The notes under the pieces: generated by a model
What the model was told of the DNA's origin: nothing
What the model saw: only the letters and a program-made list of their open reading frames with translations
Databases searched by the model: none
Origin: Octopus vulgaris
Taxonomy: Eukaryota
Assembly: GCA_951406725.2 (NCBI GenBank)
Contig: OX597814.1
Coordinates: 21,328,001 to 21,392,000 of the forward strand
Reading direction: 5' to 3'
Length of the DNA: 64,000 bases
Shown: positions 27,633 through 42,060 of the stretch, piece by piece
Layout of the letters: the number at the start of each line of letters is the position of its first letter
How positions within the stretch are numbered: position 1 is the stretch's first letter
Program-made: the position numbers and the translations under genes

Positions 27633-27830
27633 CTAGCTGGCAGAATCATTAGCACGCCGGACAAAATGCTTAGTGACATTTCCTTTGTCTTGGTATGAGT
27701 TTAAATTCCGCTCTAGTCGACCTTGTCTTTCATGATTTCGGGGTTGATAATGTATCAGTTGAGCATGGGAATTGATGTAACCGTCCACCCAAATCCTCAA
27801 AATTGCTACTCTTGTGCCAAAAATAAGAAA
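27633..27830 (+). mobile_element. SINE family B, degenerate copy
   Basis: AGCTGGCAGAATCATTAGCACGCCGGACAAAATGC head. Confidence 0.65.
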
Positions 27831-28382
27831 AGAATAATCCTGGTTCATGTTTTTGATGGTTTTGTGGTTGTTTAGCAAGAGTTGAGCACTGAAATGGTCA
27901 TTACTGAAATACCTTTGAATCGTAGTTTGTTCGGATTTGGTGCTACACAACAGTAATAAACAACTGATGTGCATCGTATTAGCCTTGGGAATAACAGTCC
28001 CCTACTTCTCGGCTACTAAACCATAAAGGGTTATGATGAAAAGTACAAGGAATTTTATTTTTTCAGTTTTTCTTTGGCATCTTTTCTTCGAGTTTCTGTG
28101 AATATGCCAAATGGAAAAAAATTGTTTAGATAAAAGAATATATCTTGTTACATATAATGGCATGTAAAGAGAGTTTCAAAACAAGTCTACATGCAATATT
28201 CATAAAAGAAAAAAAAGATAAAACAAAACACATGCTGTGTTTGTAGTCCCTTGCAATATTTTATTTTTACACCTGTTTCTTAGGTCGCTTAATGATCTAA
28301 CGAAGTCTAAATATAGCGAGAAAAGGCACCAGCTGAATATTTGCCCTAGTATTTTCGTACGTATGTATAAACACAAACATGC

Positions 28383-28383
<1 letters not shown>

Positions 28384-28415
<32 letters not shown>

Positions 28416-28502
28416 TGTATGTATGTATGTATGTATGTATGTATGTATGTATATGTAAATGTATGTATGTATGTATGTATGTATGTATGTATGTTTGTAT
28501 AA

Positions 28503-28548
<46 letters not shown>
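28384..28548. repeat. (GTAT)n/(TA)n compound microsatellite
   Basis: Direct reading. Confidence 0.95.
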
Positions 28549-28550
<2 letters not shown>

Positions 28551-28605
28551 CATGTATATTTACATACATATTTATTTTATTCATATAAATATTCCAATGA
28601 ATATA

Positions 28606-28960
28606 AGCTTGCTTCCAACCACATGCTTCCGGGTTCGGTTTCATTGTGTCTCACCTTGGACAAGTGTCTTCTACTATAGCTTCGAGCCGACCAAAACCTT
28701 GTGAATCGATTTGGTAAGCGGAAACTAAAAGAAGCCTGTCGTATGTATATGCATATGTGTGTGTGTGTTAGTGTTTGTGTTTGCCCTCCACCGCTTCTTA
28801 GCAACTGGTGTTGGTGTGTTTACGTCTCCGGAACTAAGTGGATAGGCAAAAGAGGCCGACAGAATAAGTAACATACTTAGCTGTGGTCGATCCATTTGAC
28901 TAAAAGTCCTTCAAGGCAGTGTCCCTGCATGGCTGCTGTCTAATGACTGAAATAAGTAAA
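28606..28960 (+). mobile_element. SINE family A copy
   Basis: Matches 8030-8440. Confidence 0.75.
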
Positions 28961-30199
28961 TGATATATATATATAATAGCCAAGTGTTTAGGACTTTGCA
29001 CTCACGATCACGATATCTTGATCTCAATTTCAGGAACGGTTGGGGCGTTGTGCTCTTGAGCAAACACTTCGTCTTACGTTGCCCTACGCTCACTTCAGCG
29101 ATTAATGTGTGGTACACCATGCACCTTTTCAGACAAAGTTCCCTTGTTATTGTTGTTGCTGCTTGTTTGTTTGTTTGTTTGTTTGTTTGTTGAGCGAAGC
29201 GGTCTTCGTCCCAGAGCTCGCAAGATCGCGCCTCTGTAGTGGGAGAAGTCCGAAACGTGGTCCTTTGCTATTCGTAAGACCCGCAGAAGAGAAAGCAGGT
29301 CAACCCTCGACACCGAGAGCATCGACGGATGGTTGAATGCGCATCCAGGCTCAGCGGTTGCATAAGAAGTCGGGTGTTGTTGCTGCTGTCACTCGTTGTT
29401 GTTATCTGATTTGAGGCTGACTTTGGGTTGCCCTCGCTTAGGCGCTATAATTGAAGACATCATAGTCGTGACTATACCAACTTTTTCTTTTATGCAGATC
29501 ACTCAGGGACATGGTCTCACTAGACAGTTGCCCATAGGTTTTAGGCTTCTAGGGAGTCAAATGTTAATTTATGTACGTGTTGATTGTGTATGTAGAAATC
29601 TCAATGTATTATTTTTCCGGAAGGACTGTTATATTGCTAAGACAACTCAAACCAGGATTTCAGTATTTAACGTGTACTTTGTCTAAGGCTGTGGGTGTTA
29701 TTTAAAGATTTCGTCGCAGTTTCTAGCAGGCCGAGCGACCACGTAGGATCTCCCTTGTTTGGCTCGAAATACCCTTTACAGGGCACCCCACAGGAAGCTA
29801 TAAGTGCATCCCAAAATCTAACATTTTCTCCCAGTACCACGAAACATCTTAACTGCTCATTCTCTAAAGAGCTCCAGTGAGATCCACAATGGAGTATTTA
29901 CTTATAGGACAGTGATGCTATTGCTGTTGCTAGTGCTGATGCCGCTACTAGACACAAAACCATCTTAGACATAAAGCAAGGCCATTTGAGTAATGGGCAT
30001 TCTATATCAGACCGATAGAGTTTCTGAAACTTCTTATAATTCTATTACTTTTATAACGACATTTACACCTCAAAATCACCAACCTCAAACACCTACCTTT
30101 TGTCTTCCATCTTTACTATCTCTTACCATCAGTTCTACAAAAACCGCTTCTGCCAATCCGTCTTCCCCAAAATATCAGCATGCACAGGTGTGGTAGGTG

Positions 30200-30349
30200 T
30201 AGGTGTGACTGCGTGGTATGAAGCTTGCTTTCCGACCACAAGGTTCCGGGTTCACCGCCACTGCATGGCACCTTGTCTTCTACTACAGTCTCGGGCCAAC
30301 AAAAGACTTGTGAGGGGATTTGGTAGACGGAAACTGAAAGAAGCCCATC

Positions 30350-30391
<42 letters not shown>

Positions 30392-30657
30392 GTATGCATG
30401 TATGTATGTATGTGTGTGTATGTATCTATTTGTGTGTGTGCCTTTGTGTCTGTTTGTCCCCCACATCACCGCTTGACAACCGGTATTGGTGTGTCTACGT
30501 ACCCGTAGCTTGGTGGTTCGGCAAAAGACACCGATAGGACAAATACTAGTCTTAAAAAGTAATTCCCAGGATCGATTTGTTCGACTAAGACCCTTCAAGG
30601 CGGTTGCTCCAGCATGGATGCAGTCAAATGACTGAAACAATTAAAAGAATAAAAGAA
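30200..30657 (+). mobile_element. SINE family A copy
   Basis: Matches 8030-8440; AAAAGAAT tail. Confidence 0.8.
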
Positions 30658-31254
30658 TGCTTGAATTCCTTTCTTGCTAATGTTTTCATACACGAGGAGA
30701 CTTACATGTCTTCGTGCTGAATATAATTATTTATGTACATTCAGTGTAGGTATACCTGTAAAGGTCATGGACACAACCTCATGCCGCCTAACTAAGCCAT
30801 GAATAAACAGACGTAAAAAGTATGGCAACGTAAGTGCGAAACGTTGAGCTAAGAAGCACACAAGGAAATACCACTAGGTCATGAAACACTTGACACTCTG
30901 TCTTCTTATAATACGTGTGCATGTGTGTTTTTACACACAAACACACACACATGCACGCACTTACATACACACACGCACGCGTGCACACACAATGAAATGC
31001 CAGTAAGTTTTCTTAATCATTTGAATAATCACTTACACGCACAAATACATGCATACATACATACATACAAACATACATTCACATATACACACATACACAC
31101 ATGCATACATACATACATACAAACATACATTCACATATACACACATGTATACATACATACATACATACATATATGCACGCACGCATACGTGCATATGAAC
31201 ACGCACACACTCACACAAGTTTAGCAGAGCAATCAGGAAAATAGAACGCATCCT

Positions 31255-31697
<443 letters not shown>

Positions 31698-32700
31698 AGC
31701 CTTCTCATATTTTCTGCTACTTCATACATTTTGATTGTTCTTGTTATCCAGGAGTGTGGTATCATATTGTATGCTTTGCGATAGTCAACCCATGCCATTC
31801 TCAGGTTTGTATGTCTTCTCTTGCAGTTCCTGATAATTAGTTTATCAATTATGAGCTGATCCTTCGTTCCCTGGTTCGACTTTCGGCACCCTTTCTGTTC
31901 AATGGGTAGTAGCCCACTTTTATCCAAGTATCTCTACAGTTCACCGGCCAAAGCACCTGACATTAGTTACCACATTAGCGGAAGGCATGTTATTGGTCTA
32001 AAGTTGGATGCAACACTTCCCTTTTCAGGATCCTTGGTACATATCAACGTCTTTCCTTTTGTCATCAAGCACTCATCTAGCTGTTGTGCTATCTTTTCAT
32101 GAAGCCTTCTCAGCTTCTACCTATAATAACCTTGAACCCTGTCTGGTCCTGGCTCTTCCATTTTGGGAATTTTCTTAAATGTTTTTTTTTTATCATTTCT
32201 GCAGTTAACTTTATGTCTTCTTGGACTTCCCTAACTGAAATGAGTGTTCTGCCTGTTTTGGACAGATTACTGTTTGTTTCAATTCTTGCAACCATTCAAC
32301 ATCCTTCTTGTGCTCCCTGTCTTTTCTCCAGATGTCACTCCACTGCTTTTGGCTTTCTATATTATCTGGTGTCAACTCTTCATCTGTACACTCTCCATTT
32401 ATTTCTTTGTAGAATCTCTTGTGATCTACTGAGAAAATACTTTTCTGGTGGTAACCCTTCATTCTTTGGTCGTATCTTACCATCGTTTCTTTCTTTGCAA
32501 CGAGGCGTTGTTTCAGCTCCTACATTACTATCTTCAGGCCCTTTCTTTTAATATTACACTTCAGCGCCCTGTATTTTTGTTCCCGTTTAAGCTCCCCTTT
32601 CTCTTTTCGGTCTAACACAGAGATTTCCTTCGAGAACATGTCTAACCCTGTCTGGATTTTTCTTTTCCATCATAGATTCTTTTTCTTTTGTCACTTCCGT
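31698..32700 (-). mobile_element. R4/Dong-like RT N-terminal fragment (decayed)
   Basis: [37 protein letters not shown]; DHKRFYKEI. Confidence 0.85.
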
Positions 32701-32709
32701 TTTGTCCAC

Positions 32710-34430
32710 AGATTCTGCACTTATCACTTTCTACTGTTTTATCTATTCTGTATTTTGTCTTTTCTCTATTTTATGTAGTTTGTTCTCTTGGGCAGCAGAG
32801 ATAAGAGCCTCCGTTTCCTGTTTTAAATCACTTATAGTCATCAACAGCCATCTTTTTTCTCTGTCTGTCTTTAACATCCCTATGCAATTGATCATGCATT
32901 CTTTTTTTTACCCATCTACTTTCAGTTTCATTCGCTTTCAATTTCTTGTATAGTGCTTTATTTTTGCAATCTTTAATCCTACACAAGCCTGACCTTCCTA
33001 CTTCTAATAATAGCGGTTCTGTGACATTTTTGACATACTATACTATGTTGTTTTTTCTGCTCTAATGCTGTGTTCGCATCCAATAAGTCCTCTTCCATAT
33101 CTTTTTCTCGCTACATACAGTCTGTCTATGTCACTTTTTGGGTGGAGTGACCCATATCTAGTTAGCATCTTCCTTGTCTTTCTGCCTAAGCTTTTTAGTT
33201 CGTCTACTCTCCATGCGATTACCCCTGCTCCATATCTAAGGAGTGAAACCGCCCTTGTGTTGATAGCTTCGATCTTATTCCATCCAATTAATTTCGACTT
33301 AAGGATCAGTCTCAGTCTGCGCAAGTACTCTACCTTAAATTTTTCTGTCATTTCTTTTTCCATCAATGTATCCATTTCCTATATCCCCAAGTACTTATAG
33401 CTCGTCTCTTCTATTTGCTTCATAACCTCCCCCGATGGTATCGTTAGCCCGTCCATACATTTAATTTTGCCTCTCTTCAAGACTAATACGCCACACGTTC
33501 TCAGTCCGAACTCCATTGTGATATCAGCACTGAAGCTATACACCGTATCAACGAGGGAACCGACTTGGGCTTCATCTTTACCATAAAGTTTGAGGTTATC
33601 CATGAATAACAAATGGTTAACTTTTTGTTGGCGGCTCTTGAATACATACTCAGCTTTTGCTTTCCTCAGAATCAGTGTTCGTGGTATCATGCACAGTTCA
33701 AAGATCAGTGGAGACGGGCAAACCCCTTGGAAGAGTCCTTTCTTGATTTCTATTGTCCCTAAACTTCTTCCATATGCTGTCAGTTCCGTCCTCCAATTCG
33801 CCATACATTTTCCAAGTAATAGTTCAACATTAGATGCAGTACCAAATAGGTTCATACATTCCATAATACATGATGTGGGATCATATCATATACCTTACGA
33901 TCATCGGTATATGACATGGCTAAGCTAGTTTTCTTCCTCTTGCAGTCTCTAAGCAGAGTTTTGTCTACCAGGGGTTGGTCCTTGGTGCCTCTGCACTTAT
34001 GCTTTCATCCTTTCTGCTCATGTGGCAGGACTTCACCTTTTTCCAAATGTCCGTATATTGACTCTGTGACTATTCCAGTCAATAATTTCCGCATATGTGG
34101 CAAGCAGGATATCGGCCTGTAATTGTCTACCGTATTGCCTTTTTCGATGTTTTTCAAGCACAACACTCTCCTACTGATTGTCAACCACTCTGGTGTCACT
34201 TGGTCGGCATTTAATAAGGTATTGAGCAGTACAGCTATTCGTGTATGACATTCGCCAAATCTTTTGATCCAGTAGCCTTGAACTCCATCTGGTCCCGGGG
34301 CCTTCCAGTTGCCCATTTTTGTTTTTGCTGATTTCCTACACTTCCATAACTGAAATGACTACTTCCGCCTGTTGTGGACAGACTACTGTTTGTTTCAGTT
34401 CTTGCAACCATTCAGTATCCTTTTTGTGCT
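32710..34430 (-). mobile_element. R4/Dong-like RT and thumb fragment (decayed)
   Basis: NWKAPGPDGVQGYWIK, NYRPISCL, GLFQG..SPLIF, VNHLLFMDNLKLY, YKYLGI, RYGRGLIG. Confidence 0.9.
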
Positions 34431-35475
34431 CCAGAAAACAGCACTGCTTGGAACCGCGCGAATACTCTGGATGGGGATCGAAAAATAAGGGGTGTTACCT
34501 TAGTTGACTTATAGTGAACAGCTGACACCTTAGTACATCTCCAGCGTTAGAGGCTATGTAAAGACAATAGAAGAAGAAGAAGAAGAAGAAGAAGAAGAAG
34601 AAGAAGAAGAAGAAGAAGAAGAATGGAAAGTAAAAATATTGTACGGTCAGTTTGCAAGAGGTGTGAATGCGAAGACAGATAGAGAGGACCGGTGTCTGTG
34701 GATGAAGAGGAGTGACCTGAAGATAGAGGCAGAAGCACACATGAACAGCTGAAGAACAAGCGTTAAGGACCAGCTATGTTAAGTGCAGAACAGACAACAC
34801 TACCGATAACGACAAATGCAGAATGTGTAGTGAGAGGGGTAAAACGATATGGCACATCGTCAGCGAATGCCCGAAATTGCCTCAACGCGAATACAAAAGA
34901 CGCCATTATAGTGAGGCAAAACTGTTCCGTTGGGAGCTCTGTGGAAATTACGGCCTACAAAGAGTAAGGACGTGGTATCAGCAGACTCCAGAAGGAATCA
35001 CCAAGAATGAGAACTGCAAAATCCTGTGATCACCTGACCAGACGTCGGAAACCGGACATTGCTTTGGTGAATACAGAGCAAAGAACATGTATGATAATCG
35101 ACATAGCATGCCCCGGTGACAACACGATCAATGTGAAAGAAGAAGGAAAAATAAACAACAATGACGATTTAAAGAGGGAAATACGAAGGTTGTGGTGAAT
35201 GAAGAGATTAGACGTGATACCAGTAGTAATTAGTTCACTTGGAAGTATCATCACTCAACAACGAGCATTGCTGAAAAAGATCGGTGCAATTGTGAAGGTA
35301 GAACACCTACAAAAACCATCATTGTCTGGAACTGCAAGAATTCTTCGCAGGGTTCTTGAAGCATGACCAGTAAACTAGTGTCACCTTAGTCTGCTGACTG
35401 TGGACAGCCGACACTTTCCATGATACCTAGCAAAATAAGCTGCGAGTGTTTATCACATAATGATAATAATAATAA
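34431..35475 (+). mobile_element. Two stacked R4/Dong 3' ends, the first ending in (GAA)n and the second (CCHC + RLE) in (AAT)n
   Basis: LQKTALLGTARIL plus 3'UTR then (GAA)n at 34570-34622; then CRMC..IWHIVSEC, RRH, RKPDIALV..IIDIACP, HLQK..GTARILRRVLE*, a similar 3'UTR and AAT repeats. Confidence 0.85.
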
Positions 35476-37486
35476 TTGATCTCTTCGTCATCAAATGCGT
35501 CGCTTCGCTTAATGTCAGTGCTGGTCGAGCAATATGACAAAGTGCTGACAATTCGTTTTTGATCTCATTGCAATTGCTGCTAGGACTGCTACTGCTGCTG
35601 TTGCTGCTCGTGCCAGTGCTGCTACTGTTCTAACCTCATTTCCTATTACAAAATCACTTCATTCTCATTTCAAAATCCTCAAATATATACAATTGCACTT
35701 AGAAAACAACATATTATCTTCATAAAATTTTCGCGAATAAAGGTAAACACTGCCATAATTGTTGTCATCTTCAGCACCATCATCTCCGTAAACTTAATTG
35801 TCATTTCTCATCATCCCACCACACACAAACATATATATCCCTTATCGTATTAGTGTTCGGAAACGTCATATCGGTAATTACACATATGCATATGACCACA
35901 TATTCCCAAACCATTTATGCTGATATACGCAGAATATTAGATTTCCATAAAACCTTAACATATATAATACGCAAGTAATTTCGGGTAAAATAACTAAAAT
36001 GTTTTATATTAATACAGATGGATTTCCGTAACATTAACAGCTTAGAAACATCTCACCGCACTAAGTAGAAATGTGAAGCAAAACTGTAGTGACGTCAGTC
36101 ATTTGTAACATGTATCTAAGCTCTGGCAGCTGATATTTATAAACGAATAACAGTTCACGAGAGAGTGGTCAGGGCGTTACATTCACAGTCGCAAGATCGC
36201 GGTTTCGTTTCCCGAACTTGGTGGAGCAATATATTTCGTCGCTCCAGTTCACTCTGCTATAATTGAAAAACCGTCTCGTTCAAAGGGAATGTTGTGATAT
36301 CGCTCTCTTACGCCATGGAAACGGGGTAACCGGCCCATGGGTCTAGGAGTCCTAGGACTTGATCCTATAATATCCAGGGTACTTATTGTATTGGACAATT
36401 CTGAAATGCCCAGTGCTGAGTGAATCAAAAGAAATGAGAAAACTTTAAACGTTATAAAACCTCACAATAGATTTTTAAAAATGTAAACACATGCATTCTA
36501 AACTATTGATGTGCAGAAGAAGGGTCAAAGGAGTCTCATGACCGTTTTTTAGAAAATGTTTACCTGGATCCTTCCCCACGTTTATTGCGCATATTTCGAT
36601 ATTATTCCAATAATTACGAACCGTCAAATGTAGAAATATGCATACTAGACTATCCAGCACGGTGCTTTATAAGCAACTGAACTATACTATTGATTGGAAA
36701 AGCAAACTGGGTGCATTTTCTCAGAGGAATCGTCAACCAACCATTTTCAAGGGAATCGTCAAAGTCGATATACTTTAATACATTTTAATTAATGAAAAGC
36801 CCTCAAGTTTAAAAATATGCAAATTTGGCTATCCACTTCGGCGCAAGACTAATTTATGACTAATTATAAACAACTGATTTATAGCATTGGTTGGATGTGT
36901 CTTTAGTTTTTAATTCTTTAGAAATATTTCTATAAAACAGTTCTACTTTCACAGAAAGAAAGTTCAGTAATTCGAATGTAAATAACAGCACCAGTGAAAG
37001 TTATTGCTTGAATTTTACTTGTATTTCAAAACAGTTTAAAATATTTCTACTGTTCCACTTATACACTGAATTTACTTGATACGAGTAGGATGGTCCCTTT
37101 CTTTACTTAAAATTCTTTGGGTTTTCTATAGCATTATTCAGACACGTAGTATCACGATCAACAGCGTCAGTGATAATTCATAGAAATGTAAATTCATAAT
37201 ATGAATAAAAATATTGTAGATTTCGTCATTGTAAAGCAAATATATTCCTGAATTTTCTATAATAAAGAATGAGCCAGTTTTGAATTATAAAGAAATAGGT
37301 CTTACTTGCCAGAACAATAGCTATGCTAGCATTCTTGAATAATAATAATTATGTTTACTTGCTGAACTTTAGAAATCCATTTCATATTTTCACTGTCTTA
37401 TTTAAACATTCATTCTTAAAATACATTGCCAAACTACAGATTTCAAATTTTTTCTTAATTATTCGGTGATATAAATAAATCCTCTC

Positions 37487-37690
37487 GAGGCGGTGAGCTG
37501 GCAGAGTCGTTAGCACGCCGGGCGAAATGTTAATCGGTATTTCGTCTGCCCTTACGTTCTGAGTTCAAATTCCACCGAGATCGACTTTACCTTCCATACT
37601 TTCCAGGTCGATAAATTAAGTACCAGTTGCGTACTGGGGTTAATCTAATCGACTGGGCCCCATCCCCCAAAATTTTGGGCCTTGTGCTTT
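37487..37690 (+). mobile_element. SINE family B copy
   Basis: GGCGGTGAGCTGGCAGAGTCGTTAGCACGCCGGGCG head. Confidence 0.85.
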
Positions 37691-39524
37691 TCTGGCCGGA
37701 GGTCATCTCGTGGGGGCCACTCTGCCTTCTGGTAATGTTCATGATCAGTCCCACCATCCCACAGGCAGCGAAAACACGAATACTTAGGGTTCCCATCCTG
37801 TAATCCAAGTAAGAAGGCAAGTATAAGTCACGACAAACATGCCATTTAAATTTGTCATAGTTTACTTTCTCAAGAAGCTCTTTTACATTGCCATATTCTC
37901 CCTTCACCTGTACCGAGTATGCAATAGGCAAGGATGGATTCTGATTTCCATTGCGTAATAAAGCGGTTTTGAGCCTTTTTGTTGAGCTATCTATTAAAAG
38001 TCGCCATTCTTCAGGGATGTGGTCAATTTCAATAGCTGTAAACAAGCCATTTATATCTTTGTAGAAGCAGAGATCCTCACTTATGTCGAAGTATACTTCA
38101 AATTCCTCATGGTGTCTTCCTGTATACTGTTAATCTACAGCCCTTCCCCAAGAGATTCCATTCATTCAGCCTGGATGCTAAAAGCTCAGCTCCTGAATTA
38201 GTGAGACCCAAGTCCCTAATGAGATCATCCAGTTCACGTTGATTTGAAAAGTGTGAGTAGGTACTCGTTCCTGGCTCAAATATTTCATCCGTTTCTTGCT
38301 GTCACCACCTTCAGACTTTCTTGTAGAGACCTCCATCTTATCCTCTACCTGAAAAATTCAAAAGGTTGTGTTTAATAGTTGAAACCTTAATAAGTGTTTT
38401 ATGTGTAATCACATATTATTTCAATAATGAATGAAATTTAAATTTGTTATTAACACTTTGTAAGATGTACTAACATTTTCTGGCGCCTGTGGAGCCGCTA
38501 AGTTATCATCATGTGGCACAGGTGCAATGGAGGATTAAATCCTGGGATACGGAAGGGATTTTCTTCTCTTAAGTCTTCTGTACTTTGATATATCATCGTG
38601 ATGATTTTTTGGCTCTCACCAAACTCTCGGAACAGCAAATGGCATTGCTTTTCTCGCACATCTAAGCTATCTATCTAAATTTGATCTACAAGTTCCACAT
38701 ATCAAATGAGGTACCCATGGTCTTCCTGGTCACCCATACTCATTCCAAAATACAGTCTATAAGCAATCCAGTACTTAGCTCCTTTCAAACTTCTATATGC
38801 TACATACTTTCTTCCATCATAGTATCCACACTCGTAACAGAATATATCTGGTGAATTTCTGCATCCTCTTGTAGCTATGGTCAGGAAAATTCAATATTTA
38901 CAATAAAAACCTGAAAAAGAAAGACACGTGACAAATGTACAATGCTCTTGATCAACAGTCATCAAACAGGTATGGCCCCAAAACCAAATGGAACACCGGA
39001 CAAAAGATGGAGGGATGACAGACAAAAGCGCAACACTTCTTATCATTAGCTATGGTAGCCATGAGAACACTGAGGTGTCTCTGTTGAGTTTGCTGTGTAT
39101 AGCGGAAGGTGGTGACGACACTGCTTTTTCACTTAAACCTTTCAGTACCTTTATACGAATAATGGAAGTAAAATATAAACTTTAGGAATGAATGATTTAT
39201 TAGTAGAGTAGAAAAATGTTTTACAGCAAGAGTTACGTCATATAACAACCTGTGATCAAGTGACGCTAGAGCTTTTGTTTACACAGGCAGTTGCCAAATG
39301 TATGATGATATGTGTATATAATGCTGTATGATTATATGTATGATATATGTATGATATGTGATGTATGGTGCCATGCGTATATTAGCATAATTCGATATAT
39401 CTCGCAAACGGTCGATAGTAAAGAAAACATAAACACATTTTTGGAATCAGCTCAAAATTCTGCATTAAAATCACTAAAAAACATAAGAAAACCAAAACGT
39501 TTGTGAAAATTTGTAAACCCAGTG
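37691..39524 (-). mobile_element. Chapaev (Chapaev3-like, CMC group) DNA transposon relic: 5' terminus plus decayed transposase
   Basis: CACTGGG terminus at 39524; N-terminal MATRGCRNSPDIFCYECG, YFG..GDQ, PFAVPRVW*EPKNH; core WRLLIDSS..LLRNGNQNPSLP..W.VC.D..KYSCFRCLWD; 3'-truncated by the SINE. Confidence 0.75.
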
Positions 39525-39698
39525 TTATCGTTCTTCGTGCTTAAAAGATTATGTCTGATATCATGTGATACTCAAAAGATGTCTTGACTAATCTTCAGAC
39601 ATTGTTTTTTTTCTTCCTCTTCTTTCTCCAGTTCTTAAATTAAGATCGTCGATGTCTTTATTTTTGCTCTTCTGTTTTTATACATTAAATGTTCTGAA

Positions 39699-39905
39699 AG
39701 GCGGCGAGCTAACGGAATAGCACGTCGGACAAAATGCTCGGAGGCATTTCCTCCGACACTTTATGTTCTGAGTGCAAATGCCGTCGAGACAGCTTTGCTT
39801 TTCATTCTTTCGCAGTCGATAAAATGAGTACCAGTTGAGCACGGGGATCGATGTCATTGACGTACCCTTGCCCTTAAAATTACAGGGCTTATTCCAAAAT
39901 TCGAA
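39699..39905 (+). mobile_element. SINE family B, degenerate copy
   Basis: GGCGGCGAGCTAACGGAATAGCACGTCGGACAAAATGC head. Confidence 0.7.
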
Positions 39906-40033
39906 ACAATATCTTGAACGTTTCGAATACGAAAGGAAACCGCCTCTAAAAGACTGTACACACAAACAGGTAGACACACATACATATGTATTTACGCAAA
40001 CACGCACGAACACAGACACACTCATAGTCCTTT

Positions 40034-40038
40034 GTGTG

Positions 40039-40127
<89 letters not shown>
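40034..40127. repeat. (GT)n microsatellite
   Basis: Direct reading. Confidence 0.97.
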
Positions 40128-40159
40128 TCTAGATAGTGTTTTTCTTTACTAATCGCTAA

Positions 40160-40870
40160 GCGTGCATCCGGACAAAATTTAATGTAATTTCTAAAACTGT
40201 AGGACTCAAAATATCATGACAGAGAAAGTTTATCATAGAATCTGCATCAAATTTTGCCAAAAGCTTGGCGATACCTGCTCAGAGACCTCCGCAAAGTTTT
40301 CAAAAGGTTTTCATCCTTCTCGACATCATCAAGGAGATCTTGTGCGACTGAAACCCAAGTGTCGTTTTAATCAGTTGAAAGCAGTTTTAACACAAACTTG
40401 GCAGACACGTATCTCATACCCAAATCTTCAGTGATAATGGACTGAACTGAACCGTAACTCATCTGCACGTCCTCTGATAACACACAGAGATGATCCGAGG
40501 ATTTTCTCTCAGAGCTGCACACACATATGCGGTGCTTTTCTCGGGTCTTCTGGTTACGGGTCTCCCAAAACATTCAACATTTTTTCGGCTATCTTGGAAA
40601 TGTCTGAACCACTCGTACACTTGTGTTCGGCTAATACATGCTTCTCCATACACTTTCGGCAACTCTATGTCAGCCTCTGAGCAGGTATCACCATGACAGC
40701 TTTCTGTGTCACAGTCAATGGGACGATCACATGCTACACATCTTCCTTCCAAGTACTGCTGTAAACAGCGGAAGTGAGCTAGAACGTTAAAACATAGTGC
40801 GTATGCACAGCAGAGTTCAAAGCCAATCTTTGCCAAGCGGTTTCACTCTGCATACAGTAGCTCGTTACTA
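40160..40870. mobile_element. Mariner transposase HTH-region relics in opposite orientations
   Basis: + strand HRICIKFCQKLGDTCSET (40216-40300); - strand VYGEACISRTQVYEWFRHF..GRP..IITEDLGMRYVSAKFVLKLLSTD (40367-40700). Confidence 0.8.
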
Positions 40871-41173
40871 TTGATCAGACCTAATATTTGTTCTGTTTTT
40901 CGTTCCTCCGATCTTTACATTCTTCTCACACTCAGACACACACATACATACGCACGCACGCGTGCGCACACAGACACAAGTGCATGTGTATGTATATGTA
41001 TGTATCTGTGTGTGTAAGTGCGTAAGTGAGTAGGTTTCGTTTTTATATTCTATCCGTTGATAGAATATAATCAAATTTGACTACTTTCAAATGTAATACT
41101 CAGTTCATGATACAAGTGTTGAGCTTTATGCAAATGATGCCACAGCTGTTTCGATCGATCGTTCCTTATTCTC

Positions 41174-41214
41174 ACTCTCTTTCTCTTTCTCTCTCTCTCT
41201 CTCTCTCTCTGCAT

Positions 41215-41274
<60 letters not shown>

Positions 41275-41300
41275 TCAAAGAAGGAGAGAGAGAGAGAGAA
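41174..41300. repeat. (CT)n/(CA)n/(GA)n microsatellites
   Basis: Direct reading. Confidence 0.9.
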
Positions 41301-41705
41301 ACGTAATCTCCTTATACATAGTTTATTGTATTTCCATGACAGTATTTGTGAGATACCAGCCGTTTCAGTAATTTATGAAATAAATTCACATGCAGAAAAG
41401 GAATAGGAATGGATTATCGAGAATCGAAGTGATATCCACAATGAATAATTCGTATGTGATGAGCACGAATGTAATTTCAGAATAGTTGTGTACGTGTATA
41501 ATAATGAACTGCAAGTATACAATCACAGACTGGGATCGTTAAAATATTCAAAAACGTTCTGGAATCGAGATTTCAGTTTCGACAAACCATTATAGGACAT
41601 ACAGGCATATATAGACGCATACTCACGCAAATGAGTAGGCGCACAAACGTATGCCTGGCATGTATGTGTGTATGTATGATATATACACAAAAACACACAT
41701 GCACG

Positions 41706-41752
<47 letters not shown>

Positions 41753-41789
41753 TAGATAAATAGATAGATGTGTGTGTGTGTGTTTTTGA

Positions 41790-42060
41790 AGACACGTGAC
41801 CTAGCGGTTAGTGAATTACACTCACGATAGTTAGATCGTGGGTTCAATCCCCAAAGCGGGCAGCGCGTTGCTTTCTTGAGCAAAACTTTTCATTCCACAT
41901 TGCTCTGCTATCATTTCGACATCTGATGAGTGATACACTTGTGTGCACCTGTTGATTTTCTGGAGATAATGTATAACAGATACATTTGATCGCTATAAAC
42001 AAATCCTCTGTGCAGGATATTAAAAAAAATTGAACATTCATACGTCGTCTCCGACGAGAG
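41790..42060 (+). mobile_element. tRNA-derived SINE with a family C-like head, degenerate
   Basis: CGTGACCTAGCGGTTAG..GGTTCAATCCC..CTTGAGCAAAACT. Confidence 0.55.

Noticed and set aside
29229-29265. CTGTAGT-GGGAGAAGTCC-GAAACGT hammerhead-like string
   Set aside because: The core has two deviations, the cleavage triplet would be GUG, and stem I is unconvincing.
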